Assembly: GCA_041750795.1 (NCBI GenBank)
Contig: JBGSYQ010000371.1
Coordinates: 8,253 to 72,252, forward strand
Source of the DNA: Pirellulales bacterium
Lineage (GTDB): Bacteria; Planctomycetota; Planctomycetia; Pirellulales; PALSA-1355
Direction: 5' to 3'
Length of the DNA stretch: 64,000 bases
Below, one piece after another: positions 56,743 through 64,000 of this stretch. The position numbers and the translations under genes were made by a program. Numbering within the stretch: the stretch's first letter is position 1; every line of letters begins with the position of its first letter. The notes beneath the pieces were generated by a model. That model made no database searches, was not told where the DNA came from, and worked only from the letters and a program-made list of their open reading frames with translations.

Positions 56743-58149
56743 ATGAACGATATACCCAGCGGCCCGAAGCGGTTGACCGGAACCCAGTGGCTGATCGTTT
56801 CGCTGGCGGCCATCGGCTTTGCCTTTGATATCTACGAGCTGCTGATGGCGCAGGTCGTGTTGCCGCCGGCCATCGCCGACCTGACCGGGGCGCAGCGCGG
56901 CACGCCCGAGTTTCACATGTGGATCGGGCGCCTGTTCTATGTGCCGGCGTTTGCCGGCGGAATTTTTGGGCTGTTGGGCGGATACTTGACCGACCGGCTG
57001 GGCCGTCGGCGCGTGCTGACGTGGAGCATTTTGCTCTATGCGTTTTCGGCGTTCGGCGCCGGCTATTCGACGTCAATCGAGATGCTGCTCATTCTGCGCT
57101 GCGCGACGTTTGTCGGCGTGTGCGTCGAATTCGTGGCGGCCGTGGCCTGGCTGGCCGAGCTGTTCAGCGACCCGAAGCAGCGCGAGCGCGTGCTGGGATA
57201 TACGCAGGCCTTCTCGTCGCTGGGGGGCTTCATGGTCGCCGTGGCCTACTGGTTTTGCACGACGTACGCCGACCGCTTTCCCGCCATTGTCATTCCCGAG
57301 TGGGCGTCGTTCCTGGGAGGCGGCATCAGCGACCCGCACGCGCCCTGGCGCTATACGTTGATGTCGGGGCTAATCCCGGCGATCCCGCTGATTATCATTC
57401 GGCCGTTCCTGCCCGAGTCGCCCGTCTGGTCACAACGGCGTGCCGCGGGGACGCTACGGCGACCGAGTCTGTTCGAATTGTTTGCGCCGAAGTTGCGACG
57501 GACGACCGTCGTCACCACGATCATGTTCGCCTGCAGCTATGGCGCGGCGTTCGGGGCCATCCAGCAGTTGCCGCAGATCGTTCCCGGAGTTTCGGACGTC
57601 AAGGCCGAGACCGCGGGCAAGACCGTGCCGGAGCAGAAGAAAATCGAACAGCAGCACGTTGCCCGCGTGACCACCTTGCAGGAGACGGGCGGTTTGGTGG
57701 GGCGCTTCCTGCTGGCTTTGTTGGCTGTGCGCATCGTCAGCCGGCGCTCGCTGCTGCGCGTGTTTCAGTTGCCGGGACTTTTCGTCGTGCCGCTGGTGTT
57801 TGCGTTGGCGCCGCTGTTGTCGCTCAATGCGCTCATGTTCGGCGTGTTCCTGGCCGGACTATTCACCGTGGCGCAGTTTAGCTTTTGGGGCAATTATCTG
57901 CCACGCGTTTATCCGATGCACTTGCGCGGCACGGGGGAGGGATTCGCGGCCAATATCGGCGGGCGCATGATCGGCACGTCGTTCGCCTGGGTGAGCAATT
58001 TCATCGCCGCCAACTTTTATGCCGACACGGTGTCGCCGGCCACGCGAATGGCCTACACCGCCGCGGGCGTCGCCTTGTTCGTGTACCTGGTCGGCACGAT
58101 TTCCTGTTTCTTCCTGCCCGAACCCGCGGCCGAAGAATTGCCCGAATAG
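56743..58149 (+). CDS. MFS transporter
   Basis: 468 aa with about 12 TM segments and the MFS loop motif GYLTDRLGRRRVL. Confidence 0.85.
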   Translation: MNDIPSGPKRLTGTQWLIVSLAAIGFAFDIYELLMAQVVLPPAIADLTGAQRGTPEFHMWIGRLFYVPAFAGGIFGLLGGYLTDRLGRRRVLTWSILLYAFSAFGAGYSTSIEMLLILRCATFVGVCVEFVAAVAWLAELFSDPKQRERVLGYTQAFSSLGGFMVAVAYWFCTTYADRFPAIVIPEWASFLGGGISDPHAPWRYTLMSGLIPAIPLIIIRPFLPESPVWSQRRAAGTLRRPSLFELFAPKLRRTTVVTTIMFACSYGAAFGAIQQLPQIVPGVSDVKAETAGKTVPEQKKIEQQHVARVTTLQETGGLVGRFLLALLAVRIVSRRSLLRVFQLPGLFVVPLVFALAPLLSLNALMFGVFLAGLFTVAQFSFWGNYLPRVYPMHLRGTGEGFAANIGGRMIGTSFAWVSNFIAANFYADTVSPATRMAYTAAGVALFVYLVGTISCFFLPEPAAEELPE

Positions 58150-58157
58150 CGGCGACG

Positions 58158-59243
58158 CTACGACAACCGCCCACGTGCATCGATCGGCAATTCGACCAGT
58201 TGTCCGTCCTCGTCGCGCCACCAGACGGTATCCTGCAGATTGACGCACGGACAGACGTGATTCGGAATCACCGTGACGCGCTCGCCAAGCTGCGGCGCGG
58301 TGTTGCACTGGCGCACGTCGACCTGGCCGTGCTCCTCGGTCAATCGCGCGATGACTGCCGCGGGATACTCCAGGATGTATCCGTGGCCGCTGTCCGGGGC
58401 CGGACCGCAGCGGTCGCTGGTTAGCGTCTTGGTGCCGGCGTCGATCACCACCTGGCCCGGCACGGCGGTGCTGACCACGGTGCAGACGATGCGCGCCGCG
58501 CAGTCGTCGATCGTGCAGTACCCGGCCCGCACGGTGTTCATGTCGTTGTAGACGTACGTGCCGGGACGGATTTCGGTGTATTCGGCCACCAGGTGCGATC
58601 GGAAAGCCGTGGGCGTCGAGCCGCCGGAGACAATGCGCGCTTGCAGCCCGTGGTCCTCCCACAGACGCAACGTTGCATCGAGCTTGTCCGAGACGTCGTG
58701 CAGGGCTGCTTCTTGCTCGTGGGCCGGCCCGCCGATATGGCCGGGATAGCAAAACAGCCCGTCGAGCCGCAGTCCTGGCGTGGCGTCGATGTACTGTGCC
58801 ATCTTGAGCGTTTCCGAGGGGGTCTGCAGGCCGGTGCGCCCCATGCCCACGTCGAGGTCGACCAGGATGCCGATGGTGGATGAGACTCGATTGGCGGCCT
58901 CGCCCAGCCAGCGAGCTCCCAACAGCGAGTCGACGGCCACGCGCACCGTGGCGTGCTTCGCCAGCTTGGCCAGACGCTTGGTGCGGACCGGGTCGATGGC
59001 AGGATAGGCCACCAGGATGTCGTCGGCCGCTTCGGCCATCAATTCTGCTTCGCCCACCTTGGCGGTCGTCAGCCCAAGTGCGCCGGCCGATAGCTGCAGG
59101 GCCGCGATCTGCAGCGATTTGTGCGTCTTGATGTGCGGGCGGACGTCCAGATCGTGCTCGTTGGCATACGCCGCCAGACGCTCCACGTTGCGAATCACGG
59201 TCACGGCGTCAACGATCATCGCGGGCGTGGCCGACGGATCCAT
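58158..59243 (-). CDS. PLP-dependent D-serine dehydratase-like / D-threonine aldolase family enzyme (alanine racemase N-terminal fold)
   Basis: 361 aa with the PLP-lysine region RPHIKTHK and a C-terminal D-Ser-dehydratase-like domain. Strong Shine-Dalgarno AAGGAGAGG upstream of ATG 59243. Confidence 0.75.
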   Translation of the reverse strand: MDPSATPAMIVDAVTVIRNVERLAAYANEHDLDVRPHIKTHKSLQIAALQLSAGALGLTTAKVGEAELMAEAADDILVAYPAIDPVRTKRLAKLAKHATVRVAVDSLLGARWLGEAANRVSSTIGILVDLDVGMGRTGLQTPSETLKMAQYIDATPGLRLDGLFCYPGHIGGPAHEQEAALHDVSDKLDATLRLWEDHGLQARIVSGGSTPTAFRSHLVAEYTEIRPGTYVYNDMNTVRAGYCTIDDCAARIVCTVVSTAVPGQVVIDAGTKTLTSDRCGPAPDSGHGYILEYPAAVIARLTEEHGQVDVRQCNTAPQLGERVTVIPNHVCPCVNLQDTVWWRDEDGQLVELPIDARGRLS

Positions 59244-59322
59244 GCAAGTCCTCTCCTTAAGCGATTGCGATCGTATTGCGCACAGTTTACCTGGCGACGT
59301 GCCGTCCGACAGCCCCTGAATC

Positions 59323-60249
59323 TCAACGATGACGTGCTGAATTAAATGGCTGCGAGTGTGAGCCGCCGAACGCCGTGATTAGTTCCAGTGCCCACTTGTA
59401 CGCGGCTCGATTGCCACTGATGACTGCCTCTTGCCATAGAGTCGTTGACCCCGGGTCCATTAAGACAGTCTTTGCGCCGTTGACATTCGTCCATTTGGCA
59501 CGTTCCAAAAAGGAGAAACAACGACCATGCATCGGATCTGGCGTTAGCGATGCAGGTAAGCACCAAACGGACTTGCGGGTCGATTCGGAAGCCGAAAGTT
59601 GAAGCCGTGGATCGAATCGCTCAAAGACGCCAGCTCCTGGGACATCAATCTCCTTGCGTCCGCGGGGACGATTTGTCTGAAGTTTCCTTCGCCCAATGAA
59701 TAATAAGTTCGTTTGTCCCCACCAATTGCCTCTTGTATGTGGATGGTTGCGAGCCCATCGGTTCTCCTGTCTCTGAGCCCACTCGACCGGATTGGTGATC
59801 ACCTCTTCGACCTGCAGCCAACCATGAATAACGTGCAGCATCGGTGCGTTTCTGGCGAATCGTTTCCAACCCTCAGACTTCCTAAAAAGTCCAAAAAAGA
59901 GAAAAACGTCACCTTCTCCGACGTTTTGCTTTTGCAAGTGACTGGCAGCTGCACCTGCTTGTCCGAACAGTGGGCGCCAACTTCGATGGCGCATCCGAGC
60001 CGGCAAACTACTTAACCGTAAGTCCGGATCATGGTGACAGAATTCGTCGCGAAATCGTTTCCTCGGGTACAACTGCTCGATCAGTTTGCCCAGGTTTTGC
60101 CCCCGCCATCTCAAGTCGTCGAATCGCCGGAATTGTTCCTTATGACCATAGACAATCGGCAGCGAAACGAGCCACTCACCGTCCACAATTGGGCTCGGTC
60201 CGCCGCCAAACTTAGAGTCGAATCCTTTGCGTGAAATAATCACCTTCAT
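59323..60249 (-). CDS. AT-richer orphan protein (308 aa), function unknown; possibly Nmad3-like
   Basis: ATG 60249 gives MKVIISRKGFDSKFGGGPSPIVDGEWLVSLPI... Base composition is visibly lower in G+C than the flanks (hand counts 24/60 and 28/60 G+C for lines 59881 and 59701, against 39/60 for line 58561). The ORF-track extension to 60639 overlaps the ceramidase-like gene and is rejected. Confidence 0.65.
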   Translation of the reverse strand: MKVIISRKGFDSKFGGGPSPIVDGEWLVSLPIVYGHKEQFRRFDDLRWRGQNLGKLIEQLYPRKRFRDEFCHHDPDLRLSSLPARMRHRSWRPLFGQAGAAASHLQKQNVGEGDVFLFFGLFRKSEGWKRFARNAPMLHVIHGWLQVEEVITNPVEWAQRQENRWARNHPHTRGNWWGQTNLLFIGRRKLQTNRPRGRKEIDVPGAGVFERFDPRLQLSASESTRKSVWCLPASLTPDPMHGRCFSFLERAKWTNVNGAKTVLMDPGSTTLWQEAVISGNRAAYKWALELITAFGGSHSQPFNSARHR

Positions 60250-60296
60250 ATGCGGAGCGCCTTGTCGTACAAACTTACTTCCTCTCGTGCTGCAAG

Positions 60297-61688
60297 TTAA
60301 TTGCGTTGCATTTCGTCGTAGTCCAGCAGCTTGAAGTCCTGTTTGCGCGGGACGTCGTGAAGCTGGTCGCACATTTTGTAGAGCGCGATGAGCGCCTCGT
60401 TGGTCAGCCGTTCGCCAGCGCCCGGTTCGACGTAAGTGGCCGTCTTGCCGCCGTAGCCGCCGGCCGCCGCGTCGCGAATCGTGGGGAAATAGGCGTGATA
60501 GCCGTTCGTGTAGCCGACCAAGAGCGTCGTGGGCACGGGGGACTCTTGCTTGAGGTGCGACTGGAACTGCACGAAGATCTCGCCCGGCATGCCCACCAGC
60601 GCCAGCTTGCCGTCGATCACCAACGTGGTCAGCGCGCACGGAATCGTATTGTCCTTGATGATCTTGCTCAGATAATTGTCGAACCGCGGGCCGTACGCGG
60701 CGCTCAGCACGCCACGAACCTCGGGATCATCCAAGTCCCAGCGCGTGCGGATCGGAACCGTCTGTTCTTGGAACTGCAACGACGGCTTGGCGTCTGCCGT
60801 AGGTTTGGTTGCGGCGGCGGTCTTGGACACCAGCGCCCCGAGCTCGCGGCCCATGGCGCGCATCGCCTCGACGCCGCCCTGGTCGAGCGGCGTCTTGTCC
60901 ATGTACGGGTTGATGTTGCCGCAGGCGCCTTGCAGAAACAGGCACTTCGTCTGAAGCTGATTCTCGACCGCGGCGCAGGCCGTGCCCACGTAGTCGGCGC
61001 TGTACTCGTAGTTGTCGCCCCCCATCACCACCGGGTGGCAGGCATAGTGAAACAGCACAGCCAGCGGCGTGCCGTCGGCGCGATCGAGGCGCACCACGAC
61101 GTACTCGCGATCGACCGGCGCGGTCGGTTCGCGCTCGGCGTTGCGCCATTGCATGGCCACGCGGCCGTCGGGCAGAAAGTGGCGGCGGTTGTGCGCCAGG
61201 TCGGCTTCTCCGCGTCCAACGCCGATCGTCACCGGCTCGGTGCGGGCAGCGGCTTCGCAGACAATCCGTGCGATGGCGTCGCCAACTTTGTCCGCATATG
61301 GATTCGGGTCGCCCGGCACGTTGTCCAGCGCCGGTGCGTGGTGTGTGTGGCTGGCGGTGATGAACAAGTCGGTGATGCCGCAGCCAGCCTTGGTTTGCGC
61401 GCGGACGTTTTCGAGCACCGCTGGTTCGGGCACGCGGCCCAAATCGAGCGTCACGATGGCCACGGCATGGTCGCCTGTGCGCAGCACCACCGCTTTGGCC
61501 ATCAGCGGATCGAGCGTGCCGGTGGCGCCGTGCGTGCGATTGCTATAGCCCCACAGTCGTAAGCCGGGCTCGGGAGTGATGTCGGCCGTGGCGACGCCGG
61601 CCGACATCGTCTCGGAGGCGTGACAGGGTAGGGCAGCGAGCAAAGTCAGCAACGCAACCAACAGCGATTGGCCAATGAGACGAGCCAT
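60297..61688 (-). CDS. Neutral/alkaline ceramidase-like hydrolase, secreted
   Basis: About 463 aa from ATG 61688. Signal peptide LLVALLTLLAALPCHA. N-terminal motif AGVATADITPEPGLRLWGY...GTLDPLMAKAVVL, typical of the neutral ceramidase N-terminal domain. Confidence 0.7.
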   Translation of the reverse strand: MARLIGQSLLVALLTLLAALPCHASETMSAGVATADITPEPGLRLWGYSNRTHGATGTLDPLMAKAVVLRTGDHAVAIVTLDLGRVPEPAVLENVRAQTKAGCGITDLFITASHTHHAPALDNVPGDPNPYADKVGDAIARIVCEAAARTEPVTIGVGRGEADLAHNRRHFLPDGRVAMQWRNAEREPTAPVDREYVVVRLDRADGTPLAVLFHYACHPVVMGGDNYEYSADYVGTACAAVENQLQTKCLFLQGACGNINPYMDKTPLDQGGVEAMRAMGRELGALVSKTAAATKPTADAKPSLQFQEQTVPIRTRWDLDDPEVRGVLSAAYGPRFDNYLSKIIKDNTIPCALTTLVIDGKLALVGMPGEIFVQFQSHLKQESPVPTTLLVGYTNGYHAYFPTIRDAAAGGYGGKTATYVEPGAGERLTNEALIALYKMCDQLHDVPRKQDFKLLDYDEMQRN

Positions 61689-61787
61689 GGGATGCTCCGC
61701 GAAATGGAGTTTCTGTTTCGCCCCATAGTGTGAGGGACGCAGCACGCCATTTCAATCGGTGCCGGCGAAAGCTGTCGCCTGGCGCAA

Positions 61788-61825
61788 CGAAAACCGGGAC
61801 GGCCCATGGAGGTGAGCCGTCCCGG
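61788..61825 (-). terminator. Rho-independent terminator after the multidomain redoxin gene
   Basis: Perfect 10-bp GC-rich inverted repeat ccgggacggc (61794-61803) and gccgtcccgg (61816-61825), with a 12-nt loop. Followed on the minus strand by TTTTCGTT. About 30 nt after the stop at 61858. Confidence 0.75.
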
Positions 61826-61857
61826 TTGAGTTGCGGTTGGTGAACTGGCTCAGACCG

Positions 61858-64000
61858 CTACTTGGCGGCGGCCTGGGCGTTGTCCTTCGGCGCGGTCATG
61901 ATCTGGGCCACGCCGGTGAGCAGGGCCTCGGCCAAGGGCGGGAAGGCGTTCTCGTCGCGGCTCCAGAAATTGATCGAGACGCGCTGGCCTTGAACTTCGG
62001 CCGGGATGTGCAAGCTTGACTTCGCGCCGCGCTCGACCATCCGCTCGAGCAACTTGCCCTTGGCCTTGCTCAGGTCGTTGTTGACCACCGGCTTGGTGCT
62101 GGTGGTGTAAGCGGCCAGGTCTTCGCCATCGGCGTCCGTAGGCGGCAACGGAGACAGGATGCTCTCGGGCATCTTGTGGCCGTGTTTTTTGCGGGCTTCG
62201 GCGATGGCCTTCTCGACTTCCTCCTCGCCCGCCTCGGCGTGGTCGTGGCCGCCGTGGCGACCGCTGAACGGTCCCATTACCTCAACCACTTTGCCGTCCT
62301 TGACCGTGGTGATGCACACGCGGTCGACTTGCGGCACCATGGTGCGGAGAATGAAGCCGAACTGCCGGAAAATGTCCGGGCTGCTCAGCGCCATGTATGC
62401 TCCGACTTGAATGTTGTCGTCAGGCTGGCCCTCGGTGGCTGCCATGATCACGTTGAACTTGTCCATGCGCGACAGCGGCGTGGCCTTGTGATTCGGATCC
62501 TGGCGATCCTCGTGCGCCGGCGCCACTTCGAAGAACCCAATCATCATTTCCTCGAACGTCTGGTCGCCGAAGCGGACCGCGGCGGTCGGGTCGGGATTGT
62601 TCAGGTTGTCGTCCGAATTGTCGAACTTGGCGAAGCAGTCCATCCGCGTGCCACGGGGCATGAATTTCGGCTCGGCCAGGCGATAGTTCGTCTGCCAACC
62701 AAAGTCATAGCGAGGCACGTCCAGCAACACTTCTTTCTTGCCGTCCGGATAGGTCGCCTCATAGCGGAACGCCTTGCCGCGCAAATGCATGTGCGGCATG
62801 AACGTCAACAGCAGGCTGTCGTCGGTGAAGATATAGCGGGCGGCGACCGGAAAATCGCTGTTGCCCGGCGGAATCTCGAACACCGCGTTGACGGCGCTGG
62901 TGACGCGAACTTCCTTCTTCACCGACTCGGGGTCGGCGAAGACAAACCCACAGTAGCTGCGGTCTTGCTGCGCCGAGCCATTGGGCGTGTAGTGCATCTG
63001 GAAGATCAACTTCGATCCGGCCGGCACGTACCGCGCGAGGCCGCTTTCCAACGGCTCCGGACGCAGGCCCGGGGCATAGGCACCCAAAAAATCATTGCCG
63101 CCGCCCAACCCGCCATTGATGTTGCCATCGGGCGGAATTACGAACAGCAGGATGTGGTGCACGACCGACGGATTGCCCGGCCGGGGCTCAATGGCCGTGA
63201 TCCACTTGTCTTCCGTCCAGCCCGGGTCAATGACGAACATCTGGTAGTCGACCACGCCGGTGGCCGGCACGTCAAACGGCTCGTCGCTCATGTAGAGCAC
63301 TTGCTCCGGCTCGGGAATCATCCAGCCTTCGGCGAACTGCGGCGGCTCGGGCAAATCCTTGGAATCGCCCTCGGGAGCGCCGTTGGCTACCCATTTGGCG
63401 ATGAGCGCCTTTTCCTCGTCGCTCATGCGTGCGTCGTTCTTGAAGTGGCCATACTGCTCATTGGCGTGCCAGGGGGGCATGCGCTGCTGCTGGACGACTT
63501 CCTCGATCATGCTGGCCCAGCCGGCGACGTCGTCGTAGCTGGTGAGCGTGAACGGCGCGATCTGCCCCTCGCGATGACAGAATACGCAGTTGTCGTTCAT
63601 GATCCGCGAGATTTGCTTTGAGTACGTCACGTCGCTGCCGACGACCGGTTCGAGATCGCGGCCGATCAGGCAACCGGCCGCGGCCACTTCCGCCTGGGCC
63701 ACCGGCTTGCCAGCCAGCACGGCGTCGAGGGCCGTCGCCAGGTCGCGCTGCTTCGGCTCGGTCAACTGATAATTCATGTTCTGCATGAAGCCGTACTGAT
63801 CGTCGATGCGGCCGCGATAGCGGATTGTGCGGTTCTTGTCGAGCACGACCACTTCCGGAGTACGCGTGACGCCGACCAGGTCGGCCAATCCTTGCTTGAG
63901 ATCCTTGAGAATCGGAAACTCGATGTCGTGGATCCGCGCGTACGCGGCAATTTCCGTCACGGCGTCTTGCCGGTTGGGATCGATGCCCAGGAACACGACG
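61858..64000 (-). CDS. Multidomain redoxin (AhpC/TSA-like) - cytochrome c (CxxCH) - copper-monooxygenase-like protein; 5-prime end lies outside the window
   Basis: The ORF runs off the window edge. Redoxin-like FPILKD...TPEVVVLD. Heme site CVFCHREGQIAPFTL (planctomycete cytochrome c style). The HHILLF and HMHLRG histidine motifs recall DBH/PHM-like copper domains. Confidence 0.7.
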   Translation of the reverse strand, partial: VVFLGIDPNRQDAVTEIAAYARIHDIEFPILKDLKQGLADLVGVTRTPEVVVLDKNRTIRYRGRIDDQYGFMQNMNYQLTEPKQRDLATALDAVLAGKPVAQAEVAAAGCLIGRDLEPVVGSDVTYSKQISRIMNDNCVFCHREGQIAPFTLTSYDDVAGWASMIEEVVQQQRMPPWHANEQYGHFKNDARMSDEEKALIAKWVANGAPEGDSKDLPEPPQFAEGWMIPEPEQVLYMSDEPFDVPATGVVDYQMFVIDPGWTEDKWITAIEPRPGNPSVVHHILLFVIPPDGNINGGLGGGNDFLGAYAPGLRPEPLESGLARYVPAGSKLIFQMHYTPNGSAQQDRSYCGFVFADPESVKKEVRVTSAVNAVFEIPPGNSDFPVAARYIFTDDSLLLTFMPHMHLRGKAFRYEATYPDGKKEVLLDVPRYDFGWQTNYRLAEPKFMPRGTRMDCFAKFDNSDDNLNNPDPTAAVRFGDQTFEEMMIGFFEVAPAHEDRQDPNHKATPLSRMDKFNVIMAATEGQPDDNIQVGAYMALSSPDIFRQFGFILRTMVPQVDRVCITTVKDGKVVEVMGPFSGRHGGHDHAEAGEEEVEKAIAEARKKHGHKMPESILSPLPPTDADGEDLAAYTTSTKPVVNNDLSKAKGKLLERMVERGAKSSLHIPAEVQGQRVSINFWSRDENAFPPLAEALLTGVAQIMTAPKDNAQAAAK

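Noticed and set aside
59323-60639. The 438-aa version of the orphan ORF given in the ORF track.
   Set aside because: The upstream 130 codons overlap the 3-prime end of the ceramidase-like gene, are Arg/Gly-rich and high-GC, and are unlike the rest of the ORF. The composition change coincides with ATG 60249, which gives a sensible N-terminus.
1-64000. Search for CRISPR arrays, rRNA genes, IS elements, integrases, prophage genes and toxin-antitoxin pairs.
   Set aside because: I noticed no regularly spaced direct repeats, no rRNA-like conserved blocks, and no transposase, integrase or phage-like ORFs on reading the ORF translations. The only tandem repeats are the 2 x 20-nt and 3 x 27-nt ones reported above.

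Overview
High-GC bacterial chromosomal window; hand-counted 60-nt lines in ordinary genes give about 65% G+C. The gene content looks like Planctomycetota (Pirellulales-like): two S1 sulfatases, a planctomycete-type cytochrome c/redoxin multidomain protein, an archaeal-type Ftr (H4MPT C1-transfer) gene, MoxR/DUF58/DUF4129/VWA genes, CsrA, and a complex-I (nuo) locus with no nuoB/E/F/G in the window. I call 50 CDS, one tRNA-Glu(UUC), two convincing Rho-independent terminators, several candidate promoters, and several hairpins and repeats. I saw no rRNA, CRISPR array, transposase, integrase or prophage genes. Most of the window is housekeeping and I found no clear multi-gene novel system. Observations worth a second look: (1) a single AT-richer orphan gene islet (59323-60249) wedged into a same-strand run of unrelated metabolic genes. 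(2) The rearranged nuo locus: nuoI-DUF2203-nuoA-C-D-[233-nt gap]-H-J-K-L-M-N, with large insertions in NuoA and NuoL (His-rich) and apparently NuoM/NuoN, and two small uncharacterised genes embedded in or trailing it. (3) A 26-nt GAATTC-centred hairpin element present twice (24/26 identical), with related hairpins elsewhere. (4) An AT-richer divergent intergenic region carrying four consecutive hairpins/palindromes. (5) About 900 nt of noncoding DNA between nuoI and csrA, including a GGA-rich csrA leader. (6) An 8.5-kb co-directional array joining 5-formyl-THF cyclo-ligase, Ftr, an ABC exporter and MoxR-DUF58-DUF4129. All function calls come from reading the translated ORFs against remembered family motifs; no database search was possible.
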